DNA of 60,852 nt, the filler included, from Nemertoderma westbladi (taxonomy: Eukaryota > Animalia > Xenacoelomorpha), in the NCBI GenBank assembly GCA_032718475.1. It is 3 parts of 3 records of this genome, joined end to end, with 100 filler letters (N's around TTAATTAATTAA, not from the genome) between each part and the next. Parts side by side here need not be neighbours in the genome. Positions count along the whole stretch, not along the records: positions 1 to 18,977 come from JAUCBJ010008484.1; 2 more parts are not named here. One strand, written 5' to 3'. The notes under the pieces are model-generated. The model worked only from the letters and a program-made list of their open reading frames with translations, did no database searches and had not been told where the DNA came from. Of the stretch, positions 1 through 10,990 are shown in pieces (position 1 is the stretch's first letter; each line of letters opens with the position of its first letter). The position numbers and the translations under genes were made by a program.

Positions 1-609
1 TTTAATTTAATTAGTTAGTTAATTTTAATAGCGCTCATAGTACTTTCTTTCACACCTCACATACTGTACTGATGTTACTCTTATTCCACTGTGCCACTGT
101 TTTAGTTGCATTCTTATACGTAGGCCTTATACGTAGGCCTTTCGTAGGTCAGTTTGACCTGAATTAATTAGTCTGTTGAATGTGTCAGTTTGTGTTTAAC
201 CCCTGTTTTTAGATCCCCCATCACCTCTGTCAGTAACGTCTTGGCTGTCAGGTTCCGATCTACTAGAGTAAAGTTCGGTGTGTCAGTGAGGAATGACAAA
301 GTATCCAAACTAAAGTCTCTAACATAGTGTTGTCAGTATTAAGTTCAGTAAAAGGCGTCATTAGGATGAGCCAATGGCAAACTGTAATTGTGGTATTGGT
401 ACCACCCCTGTCCCATGTCGTGCAATTTTGCCATTGGATCAGAGACTGTCACATGGTACAGTCGTCGCCCCCCACATGCAGTCCTATACGTCCTCTGTAT
501 AATACCGTGGTGTCCGTGGCAATGTCATTTGCTCCACAAATTCCAGACCTAGAAAGGCGTGGTTGGAAACGGATCGAGCAATATTGGATCTGATCTCTAG
601 AACAAGAGT

Positions 610-1145
610 CTCTGGGTGTTTAACAGCTGTGAAGAGTCCGTGGTGTAGTGTGGCTTATAACTTGCCTTGGCTAATGGCGGATAGATGTATACCACGCGAG
701 TCAAGGACGTTTCCACCCTCAACTTGCTGACTTAATGTGCCACCAATCCCAATAGCGGATCTATAGTATGATCTGTTTAACCACGCCATCATCCTCCCAT
801 TGACAGCCTTCCACCTGACATTGTATTCGATGTCGAAAGGTCTGCCCCATCTCTGTATCGCTCTGGGGAACATTTGAGCCAACAATACCAAGGAGGATCC
901 ATTGTCAGAATAAGCTTGCACCATAGTTTGTAATTTGGAGACAACAAAATCTGTATCGTTAGTACAGAGATCATTGGTTCCAAATAATATAACAGTGATG
1001 CAGGGTTCATTCTGCCATTGTTGGATAATCTCATGGGTATTGTGTTATGTGATATGTTATGGTGCAAAGTGGACTTCGTGTTCAGAATATACAATATACA
1101 AAAAAAAATTGTGGTCCGTCCGCAAATGTTACCCCAGCACACGGC
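610..1145 (-). pseudogene. Decayed SGNH/GDSL hydrolase ORF (copy 1), probably retroelement-derived
   Basis: Minus-strand translation gives CWGNICGRTT (block II-like), PCITVILFGTNDLC (block III GxND), LLAQMFPR and VLDSRGIHLS (block V-like His motif). In-frame TAA at 655-657; 5' part disrupted. Confidence 0.65.
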
Positions 1146-1556
1146 TGGAACATAAAAAGGCTAATTAAGAGCATGCGTTACAAGAGTGTGTTGATATATA
1201 TATAAAACACGTAAGGTAATATTGCCAAACACAAGAGGTATATTGATCATCTTCTATACTGCTGATCAGGTATAATTATATATCAAACTAGGTACGTATT
1301 ATGTATTAAAAACTACCTAGTAACAAAATCCTGCAGACCACGATTAAGAAACCTAAGATACCTCCCGTATCCCGGGGTCATTGATGGTCATGACGTACAG
1401 GTATCCTCCACCTCCCCTCTCTATATATGGGATCTGTCGATTTACGGAGATGGGTATATGTAAATAGCGGATATATTAAGTATAAGGCAATAAGTAGATT
1501 TAATTAAAGTTTCAACTACAACAATAACTGCATAGAGAGATTATTAGATTACATGT

Positions 1557-2668
1557 TCACTTGTGGTGATACTCACGAGCAAACGCCATGACACGTTCGG
1601 CGACCTCCTCCCCCTCGACATTAGCACCAGCCATTGCCGTGCCGGCATTCCTTATTTTGTCCTTAGCAGTTGTCAACCATGATCGAGCTCCAATAGAGAG
1701 TCGATCGTTCTTTCCCCCACGGTATCTCTCTTGAGACTCACTAGATCCTAAGGACCTGCATATGGTGAGTAGCTGGGGGTACATGGAAGATCGGACCAGG
1801 TTAGAGTGATCTGCCATATAGCCAATGTAGGGGCCATGCTGAATTAAGGCCCGGCAGGTCTTCTCTATGCCGGAAAACTCTGCGGGAAGGAGAGTCGCCA
1901 GCTGGGCCCAGTCTAGTATACCGAGCTCGCTCATTGCAGAGCAGATGATGCTGAAAGATGCCAGACCTTTATACTGCATCTGTTCGATCACGTTTTGTAT
2001 CGTGGGGCTCTCCGGTTCGGTCATAAGAGTTAACCTGTTCATAAGATCTCCCAGGTTGTCTGATATGTGAGCCCCAGAGATATGGGAGAACTCAGCTATA
2101 TCACTAGGGGATATGGTGATTCGAACCCCTGATGCATTGCACGCCTCTATGAATTTGGCACATCGAGCCTCTGTTATTGAGCCGCGAGATGCCACACAGA
2201 TACAGGCGGCTAGACCAACCCTTCTTGCGATCCTGTGAGCAACATCTGGCTCGGCTAGCCTGCCCGCCCTTAAAACCGCGGTACCTTGAACACCTGGATC
2301 AATGACCCCGAAGGGATCCGGAATTCCGGTAGCCTGAGCATCAACCTGAGCAGACTCGACTCAACCTGAGCATCCGTCAACTGAACAGCCGCCGTAGTGT
2401 TTATGGCACCATTTATCGGGAGAACTATGTTAACATATCCCGTCAGCGCCATTTGCACACCTCGGCTTCTAGTGAGGTTCGACAATGAAATCCTTGTGAA
2501 GATCCGAGGGATGGTGTTGTCGCGTTCTTGGATCTTCAGCTCGGTGATCCTATGTCCTTCCCCAGGGTTTCCAAGGAAGTCCCTAGGGTCGAAGTTATCT
2601 ATCGGCGCCCTTCTAGCGCGGTTATCGAATTCTACCCTTGCCTGAAGTTGTCCGAAATTAAATGCCAT
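1557..2668 (-). pseudogene. Endogenous viral element: negative-strand RNA virus nucleoprotein (chuvirus/Jingchuvirales-like), about 370 aa with one frameshift
   Basis: ORFs 2270-2668 and 1557-2195 join by one frameshift near 2355 (the second frame is open through ...SAQVDAQATGIPDPF...RVGLAACICVASRGSIT). The C-terminal lobe QMQYKGLASF..I..AM.....W..LATLLPAEF...GPYIGY.....RSSMYPQL.....ERYRG resembles the chuvirus/bornavirus N pattern. Intronless and GC-richer than its flanks. Confidence 0.7.
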
Positions 2669-3257
2669 TATTGATGCGGGTATCGGATGGGGTATAGAAA
2701 CAGTGATGTAAGGTCAAAAGAAAAACAGGTAGATAAATGCGATGAATATATAGTTCTTAAAATATTTATCTGTACCTTCAAAACATAACATTCGTGACTG
2801 ATGGCGACAGCCCGAAGTTGCATTCCGTTTGACTGTTTACAAAGCTCGATAGATGAACAGCATGGGAAGACCAAAATATATTAATCTCGTGTATGTAATG
2901 ACATAATCAATCATAAGTCGTAATAACAAATGCAAGATGGATTGACAAGGGGGAACGATAAGATAAGTGTGGGTCATTTTGAATATTATATATATTATTA
3001 GTAATAAGAACTGGAATTATATAGAATTATATAGTCGATTAAGTGTCGAAGTATATGATACCGCATTCCGTTTATATAGAAATGTTATACCATACTGTTG
3101 GTATAGCATCTGATAATTCACTGTATGTTGTTACATAATAAATGTGATAATTAGTTTTTGATATTGTTTGGTAATGTATTTCTTTGCTGGAAGGCTGTTA
3201 ATAGCACACCTCCCAATCTAATAATAATACCATATATGGTAATGATTCGGAGCTTAA

Positions 3258-4837
3258 CCCTATTAGTACCGGGCTATAAAATGTTGTACAAATACCGGGG
3301 GGGGGGGGGTCATATTGACCCCCCCCCCCCCCCCCCCCCCCCCTCTAAAATCTACAAATATTTACGAAAACGTCTGATTTTTTGTTTGTACGTAGGTATC
3401 ACTTGTCTGGATCCGACCGAAAAAAAAAATTTTCGAAAAAATGTACTGGGGTGGTTATATTGCAGCACCAAAATTACAAGTAGTGCCACAATTTTCCAAA
3501 ATTTGAAAGTTACATTTTCGGCTAATTATTTTTCAATACAGGTATTCTGGGGTGCAAAATATATTGGAAAATATTAAAAAATGATATGATTACTATAAAT
3601 GGCTGTTTAGTCCTCTCTGCGTAGGAAAAAAATGAAAAAAAAACAAGTAACCAGCACTTTTCAGTTAGAACACAAAATTTTTAATTCACTTATACGATGC
3701 TATAAATTCACATTTTCAGGTTTTCGAGGGCGCTGATTCTAATGGAATACATTTCTAATATGCCAGATCGTTGCTACTTGTATTTTTCGGCGTAATTTGG
3801 CAAATTTTGGTGCTAGCACCAAATTTCGTACCCATCACCAAAAAGTACAAGTTTGCGATGTCCAGTGCTGTTTTTATGATTCCATCGGATTCAGGACCCT
3901 CATATACCCGTATAACGCAAGAAACAAGGTGATACTATCTACTTATCAATTTGCATATTTTCCAAAATTTGGTGCTGGCACAAAAATTTTCACCCACCGG
4001 CGAAAAATACACGTTTGAGAACTCCTATGAAATTTTTACTGATTCCATTGAATTTAGAACCATCACAAACCCGTATAACGCAAGAAACAAGGTGACACAC
4101 AATCAATTGATATATTTGATGGTTTTCAAAATTTGGTGCTAGCACCACATTTTGCACCCACATCCGAAAAATACAAGTTTTAGATGTCTAGTTCGATAAT
4201 TATATTTTCCATTGAATTCAGAACAGCCATAAACCTCTAAAACGCAAGAAATAAATTGTCACAAGCAATTTTATCTATTGAATGGATTTTTAAAATTTCG
4301 TGCTAGCACCAAAATTTGCACACAGCACCGAAAAATACAAGTTTGATACGCTTGGTGAAACTCGTATATATTTCATCGAATCCAGAACCCCAAAAAACCC
4401 CAATTGCGTAAAAAACAAGTTTCAAACGATCAATTTACAAAATTTACTTATTTCAAAATTTGGTGCTGGCACCAAAATTTGGCACCCACCGAAAAAAACA
4501 AGTTTGAAATTTCTAAATCAATTTATATGAATTCCATCCAATTTCTAACACCAAAAAACCGGTGTAAATCAAAAATAGAGATGTTACAATTCATATTTAA
4601 TGAAATGTAATTTTCAAAAAACGTCTCAAAAAAAAAGTGCCAAAAGTAGGGTTAAAAAATGGTGCTATAACTCGAAAAGTACACAATATTTTTGAAAACG
4701 GTTTTCACTACTAAGAAGACAATAGATTTTTATGAAAAGTCATAAAATTTCAGATTCCCAACTGCGTTTGTTTCAGAATTATAATAAAAAAACCACGGGG
4801 GGGGGCATATTGACCCCCCCCCCCGGGTTTAATAGGG
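3258..4837. mobile_element. Non-autonomous piggyBac-type DNA transposon (MITE)
   Basis: TTAA target duplication at 3254-3257 and 4838-4841. Termini CCCTATTA...TAATAGGG. Gn-CATATTGA-Cn subterminal palindrome at both ends. Five internal 140-165-bp repeats (about 3820-4560). No transposase. Confidence 0.8.
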
Positions 4838-4964
4838 TTAACGAGGCCTAGTCATTGGTTTTTAGATTGCAATAATACAACTGTAGGTACTGGTACAACT
4901 GTATTCCCTAAATTTCTGGTGGGCTGTGTTTGGCTTACTATATCTAGCTTAGTGAGGTATATAT

Positions 4965-5220
4965 GAGTTACAGGTCTGTCATGAAAGGGTCACAGCTTGG
5001 TAACAAGTGAGTTACAGCTCGGTAACAAGTGAGTTACAGCTCGGTCACAAGTTTGATACTGCTGTGTCGCAAGTTAAGTACAGCTTGGTCACAAGTGAGT
5101 TACAGCTCAATCATGAATAGGTAACCGCTTGGTCACAACTGGGTTACAGCTCGGTCACGAGTGAGTTTCATCTTGGTCATGAGTGGGTTACAGCTTGGTG
5201 AGTTTCTACTCGACCATGAG
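4965..5220. repeat. Degenerate 22-bp tandem repeat (GTTACAGCTCGGTCACAAGTGA)
   Basis: About 10 imperfect units seen directly. Confidence 0.8.
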
Positions 5221-5575
5221 TGCGTTTTACTGTTTATAGATATAGATCCTCCTTCATCAGTAATCATGACGTAATTTACCTGTCTAAAATTCTCACCCAC
5301 AACCCCAGCCCCCACCCTCATGTCTCACCCCCACCCCCACCTCCCACCCCACACCCTCACGCTCTGCCCCCCACTTACCAACCCCACCCATCCACTCCGT
5401 TCTAATCTAACCATCAATTAACTCTGTCTACCCCCACATACACAGACCCACACTCCCACACACGGTTTTCTGCGGTAAGTTGTCTGCTATTTTCATTATT
5501 TGATTGTGGGGCCCTTATTTAAAAGAGCCACTCAGAAATAGGAATTACTGTGGGCACTAACCACAGCAAGTAGAT

Positions 5576-5599
5576 TGGCCCTTAAAAGGGCCGTTTGGG
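5576..5599 (-). terminator. Replication-dependent histone mRNA-type 3' stem-loop
   Basis: Minus strand reads CCCAAAC-GGCCCT-TTTA-AGGGCC-A (6-bp stem, 4-nt loop, CCAAA-like 5' flank), 20-30 nt after the SGNH ORF stop. A second degenerate copy lies at 5508-5530. Confidence 0.6.
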
Positions 5600-5610
5600 T
5601 TGTTAGGACT

Positions 5611-6199
5611 TAATGTGGGCGCTACACCACAGCAGGTAGAGCATGCTGGATAGTGCAATACAATTTACACTGTCCGACATCACTAAGGTGTATGCCATCA
5701 GAGTGAAGCAAGGCTCCTCCCTGCAGCCGATGGCATAGAGCACCTTTCATGGCTATGATGCGGCCATATTCGTATTACCTCAGCCACGCCGCCATCCTGC
5801 TGTTTGTAGCCACACGCCGCGAATCAAAATCGGGGTCCACAGGAATTCTCTTCAGGCGCATTGACCGCGGGACGATTTGTGCCCATAAATCGGAGGAGGC
5901 CTCATTGGGTGAATATTCTGTAATCATTGCCTTCAATTTGGTGACAACAAAATCTGTTTCTCACACATAGATCGTTGCCTTCAAACATTATAACAATGAT
6001 ACAGGGTTTATTCTCCCAATGTCTCATCACAGCTGAAAGTGAACTCGAGCAACTGCTGGATGCAGGCCAAAGTTACAATCAAAACTGCAATCATTATAGC
6101 CAAGAAACCCATATAGAAACCTATAGCTGGGTGAGATGAACCCATGATTCTGATTACGTGGATGTGCAGACGGCTGCAAACATGGACCGATTGAGACAT
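5611..6199 (-). pseudogene. Decayed SGNH/GDSL hydrolase ORF (copy 2)
   Basis: VIRIMGSSH (block I), NFGL..VHF, PCIIVIMFEGNDLC, ETDFVVTKL, AQIVPR, NSRMAAWL, LLHSDGIHLSDVGQCKL. Collinear with copy 1 at 610-1145; several stops and frameshifts. Confidence 0.7.
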
Positions 6200-6457
6200 T
6201 GCAATGTATAGATAGCAATAAATGATAGTATAGCAATATATTGGGGGTGATTGGGTAATTGTCGGTTAATATGATATGCCATTCCATTTATATAGAAAAT
6301 TTTAAACCATATTGATGGTGTAGACACATTCAGCCTGGGTGGATACTGGGTATATATATGTCATAATTAGTAATTGATTTTGGTTTGTAAATGTGCGGCA
6401 ATGCAGTTGTTCCCCGAAAATTATGCGAAAAGAACCATAGAGTGTTAGGTTGCCCTT

Positions 6458-8002
6458 CCCAGTTAAAAACAACTATGTGCATCATATGTGGCTGCATAAA
6501 TATTTTACACAAATGTGGCATACATCGAAATGAAACAGTCCAGACACATATGCAGTGCATATGTCTAAGCATATATGCTCCAAAAATTATAAACACAGTG
6601 GTTGCATATATGCATGTGCTGTGCATCCCAGCAAACAATGTACCCTGAGACAGTCTATCCAATCACAGGGCGTTCCTAGTGCATGCTGTGATTGAGAGAG
6701 GGGGGGTGGGGGTTAGCCTACCTTATCTTATGTCTATGTCTACACCCTACGGCCCTACACTTACTATACTCTATACATACTGTGATCTAATCGCTTGAGT
6801 ACATATGAAAATATATAATTCATTAAGACTGAGGAGTATCCTATATAACTTTCAGCGACGATCAAAAAATATTATTTCGAATATTAAAATCGATATAATT
6901 GATCTTCTTTTCAACTATATTAGATAATTCATAAGTATGAATTTACTAAAAATAGTACATTGTAGAACTGTTTAATATATAATTATAAACCATACATCTA
7001 TCCAATAATTTAAGTTTTTTGCAATTTAAGTCGGGGGTGGAGGGAGGGGTGGGGAGAAGGGGGGTGGTTGGTGTTTTGCTCTAGTTGAATTTTTGATCGT
7101 TTCATTTTTTATTTATGTTCACAGTATAAAATACTAAAAAACAGTATATAATGTTTTTTGCTAAAATGTATCCCTTGAGAGGGTTACATTATTTTTTCCT
7201 TTGATTGAGTTTAGAAAATATATCATAATCAAAAGAAAATATATCAATATGAAAAGTATTCTAATTGCGAAATGCTTTGTTGATAGGCTTATGTTGTAAA
7301 TAATTTGAATTATCAAACAATTGTAAAAACGACATTGGGATAGCTTTAATTATTGTAATCTCATTTTAGGTACTCTACTATCGGAATGGACGCAAAACGT
7401 AATGTGTCGGCAGGATGTACTATAGCTATATATTGACGTAGCTATTTCAATATCCACTTTTAGCTATTTCAATACAATATCGACCTTTAGCTATCTCAGT
7501 ATATTGACGTAGCCGTAGCTATCTCACTATATTGACTTAGCTATCTTAATATATTGACGTACTGTAGCTATCTAAGGCAACTAATGTGATGATTTTCATA
7601 CGCATAAAAGTGTTTGAGCCAAATAAACACACCGTTAGGTTAAAACAAGAGAAGGCGTGGGAAAATAGAGATATGTACAGAAGAACATAAGCTGTGACTG
7701 GCATATGTTTTGCACAAATTCCACACATATTCTCACCATAAATTTTCTCTCATGTTTACAGTAGCACATGTTAATCTTATGGGTATCTGATATGTCAATG
7801 CACAAATTATTGTGTGTCAAAGGCATATGTTTTAAATATATCAATCACAATTACATGAAACTGAGATTTAATGTGTGCCTTTACCACATTCTCTGCTTAT
7901 TTGCTGAAATTATGTTGCTGCATATATTTTTGTTGGGCATAAGTTTCCCACATGACACATGTAATTCACATATGATACATAATATTACCATTTTTAACTG
8001 GG
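6458..8002. mobile_element. Non-autonomous TIR element with CCCAG termini and 2-bp TSD (EnSpm/CMC-like)
   Basis: 12-bp TIR CCCAGTTAAAAA / TTTTTAACTGGG. TT duplicated at 6456-6457 and 8003-8004. Cleanly interrupts the RTE sequence. Confidence 0.7.
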
Positions 8003-8083
8003 TTCTTGGGAACTGGCACCAACTTATTTGTTTTCATTTCTTGTGGGACTCTTGTTGTTCAGTACATTTCTACTATGATGGGA

Positions 8084-8393
8084 CGCTATATAGCGAATGT
8101 GTGAACTGGGTGCGACGGCAACTGAGTTTCGCCTTGCTGAGGGCCTCGCTCATGTGCGTCCGCGGCTCTAGGTCTGCCCGTAAACGCCCAGCAGGCATAT
8201 ATCAGGACATCGCCCAAGCCTTCATCCGGTTGGCAAATGCCGATACAAGAATAAACTAATTTTGAAATACATTGTACAGTAGCGTGGTGGTGGGTGAGGT
8301 TTTTCTTATTTTTTATAACTTTTATGTGTCTTTTTATATATTTGTCAAGTTTGTCATTAAAAATAAAAAAAGCACTAAGCAGCCTAAAAAAAA
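8084..8393 (+). mobile_element. 5'-truncated 3' end of a CRE-like (RLE-type) non-LTR retrotransposon
   Basis: Encodes YSECVNWVRRQLSFALLRASLMCVRGSRS, then a 3' UTR with AATAAA and an oligo-A tail. 12-bp TSD ACTATGATGGGA at 8072-8083 and 8394-8405. Confidence 0.65.
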
Positions 8394-8714
8394 ACTATGA
8401 TGGGATAGATGAGCTTTAAACAATCAGGTATTTTAAAGGCCTCAGGGGGAACACCATCTACTCCACTGGCACGATTGGTCTTAATGCTCTTTGCAGCAGC
8501 CTTCACTTCTGCAATGGAGATATCGCCAATGGGAATATCTGGGAGTACAGACTCAGACACTTTTACTTCTATAAAGTTATTAGGCAATACCCTGTCATTG
8601 TTGAGGAGCTTTTCAAAGTGGGCCTTCCAACTGATCGGATGGTGATTCAGCCTTAACCTTGGTGGTTGGTTGGCTTTTCCAGTAAGCAAGTTGATCGATT
8701 TCCATGCCTGGGAT

Positions 8715-9344
8715 ACTACTACTACTACTAGGATCGGCATGCTGCATTGCAGCTGCATTTTTAAGAATGCTGTGCCGGCTTGTCAACAAAATTGCACTGC
8801 CACAACTCCCTATCACCCATGACATTTGCTAGATCATCCGCATCTTCAAGGCCAGTGTCCTTTAAGATGCGTCTCAAGAAAGTCATGGGCTGCCCACCAT
8901 GCTTATTCACTCCATGAGGCTGCCAAAGTACAAAATTATGCACTGGCTGGTCCTCACAGCGAAAGAAATGTCCTGCAAAGCGGAGGCGATTTTGTTCTAG
9001 TGTCAAGATTGGGGGAACCAATGAGAAGACACCTCCAATGTTATATAGTGTCTGGTTGGAGATGTGTGCATTGTACTTGACACAATGAACCCGGCGTGGC
9101 ATTCTTGTGTATGTGCCATCCAGAGATTTGGGGTCCTCAGCAGTTAGAGCCCAGCATGGACTCCCGTAGAGGAGTACTGGAACTACTGCTGCTCTAAATA
9201 ATCGGACCTTAAGTTTCCAATTAATTATCGGTGACTTCCAAATCCTGGAAAGTCTATTCAAGGCTGCCCATGCCTTTCCCTTACGTATTCGAAGGTCCTC
9301 ACCTGACTTCCGGATCCATGATCCCAGGTTACAGAAGTCGTCCA
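8715..9344 (-). mobile_element. 5'-truncated RTE LINE copy
   Basis: Near-identical to 49350-49977; (TAG)n tail; TSD CATGCCTGGGAT at 8703-8714 and 9345-9356. Confidence 0.9.
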
Positions 9345-10130
9345 CATGCCTGGGATGATTGCCTGCTGTCGTCAGCATCATTGATGGCATCAACCTGTTG
9401 GTTTATTAGCTCCTGTAGATTATCAGAGTACTGCCTGTTCAGGGACCTAGACGGTCAGGGCCCTAAACCGATTAGGTTCTCTGTTCGCAGAACACCGAAC
9501 ACTATTCCGGCCACGGAACTAGTCCAGCAGAATGCCTTTATAGAATCCTGGGATTTGTGGGACGAGAGGATCTCAGCAACTAAGCGAAAACGAACAATAG
9601 AATGTTCCTAGACCCCCCCCCAAAATTTATCCAGAAGACTTTTCGCCATACATAATGTGTTAAAAAAGTCTACGGTTCTCCAGCTAGGGCCAATTTGAGT
9701 CAAAAAGTCCGCTTCCCTAGCAACCACGTTGCTATGGAGATAAGTCCAGAACCGCTAATGCTACGGACTTGGGACCGGCGCCAATCGATAGGCAGCATAT
9801 GGGTTTACCTTCAAGAGATTTTTTTGGAGCGATCAGATCATGATCTTGACCATGATCAGCAAAGATCAGTTTTGATCAGCAATCGGACACTCAAGGCTTG
9901 CTCCAATCGAAAAACTTAACATTACAAAAAGATTCAGCGACCCCACATTAGTCATGATTCCCGTTAAAAGATTTAAAAAAAAGTGAATTCTTCCCGGTTA
10001 AAACGCAAGATCATGATCGCGCAAAGATCGGACTTCGTAAAATCGTAACTAAGCATTTTGGATATAAACAATTACTGCTACGTATTGTAGACTCAATAAC
10101 TTGCACATTTTCGCAGTCTGCCCCCAATTT

Positions 10131-10964
10131 ATGACTCAATGCCATCATTGTCAGTTTAAAGGACATGCAAGTTTTGATTGCCCTTTCAACCGAGATCTGG
10201 AAAGCGTAGATGAAATGATTACCTTACGCTACATTCGAGCCTGGGAAGCGAAAGCGGATCTACATTGTGAGTCACGTCATCAATACTACCCTGGACGTGC
10301 TTATGAAGGAGTTTATGCGTTTCACCCGTATCTATTCGCGTCCGTTGAACAAAAATCTCGCACACCGAGTTACGAACTAATGAAGCGTGTTGGCGAGAAT
10401 ATTTCGACCAAATTTGTTCGTAAATATCTCAGGAACATTAATCCCAATGATCTTAATTCCTATAACTTGATCAACTTCATCCATCAAGATCCGGAATATG
10501 GTGATTTGTTCATCAACTCGCATCCAGAACTACAGGAAGTTCATAGACGACCCTATGAATATAGAGCCCGAGAACGCGAGTTAGAAAGAACCATCAAACC
10601 GAGGAAATTTCTCACTACTCACGGTTCACCTACCGCTCTCGTGCAGACGACTCGTCAGGGACCAGTAAGAGCTGCTGTCTTGAAACACGCTCTGAAGGTT
10701 GTTCGACCTCGCTCCACTGAGGTTGATATCGATCAACCGGGTACCTCGACCGGCGGATGCACCGACGTAATCCTAAACCTTCCGATGCAATTGTATTGCA
10801 CCCTTCACCCAGGAGTTATAGCCCTCCTAGTAAAGTGGCTTGCCCCAAAGAGAAAAGGACTCTTGCTAGCCTCAAAAAACTGCGTAAACGCCATTCGCGT
10901 AAGAAGGACTAACTGTTTAGAGTATTTTTATATTTTAGAAACTGTGATTTTTTATATTTTATAG
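10131..10964 (+). CDS. Unknown ORF with N-terminal CCHC zinc knuckle, just upstream of an LTR
   Basis: MTQCHHCQFKGHASFDCP (C-X2-C-X4-H-X4-C); 277 aa open from ATG 10131; ends 26 nt before the LTR start. Confidence 0.55.
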   Translation: MTQCHHCQFKGHASFDCPFNRDLESVDEMITLRYIRAWEAKADLHCESRHQYYPGRAYEGVYAFHPYLFASVEQKSRTPSYELMKRVGENISTKFVRKYLRNINPNDLNSYNLINFIHQDPEYGDLFINSHPELQEVHRRPYEYRARERELERTIKPRKFLTTHGSPTALVQTTRQGPVRAAVLKHALKVVRPRSTEVDIDQPGTSTGGCTDVILNLPMQLYCTLHPGVIALLVKWLAPKRKGLLLASKNCVNAIRVRRTNCLEYFYILETVIFYIL

Positions 10965-10990
10965 AATTAAATCCCATTTTCTGGGAGCGG

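Larger units (their letters stand above)
6425..9450 (-). mobile_element. Internal RTE-clade LINE fragment split by three younger insertions
   Basis: Pieces 9345-9450 (LQELINQQVDAIND..SQA), 8394-8714 (WKSINLLTGK..WKAHFEKLLN..ASGVDGVPPEAFK), 8003-8083 and 6425-6457 (PQEMKTNKLVPVPKKGNL) reassemble into a collinear RTE ORF. The last two pieces match the RTE at 48542 onward. Confidence 0.75.

Noticed and set aside
213-600. Additional viral gene (glycoprotein or L fragment) downstream of SGNH copy 1
   Set aside because: Looks coding-like but has several stops in the frames examined and no motif I can recognise.
5600-6200. Histone gene upstream of the stem-loop
   Set aside because: No histone-like translation seen; the upstream frame is SGNH-like.
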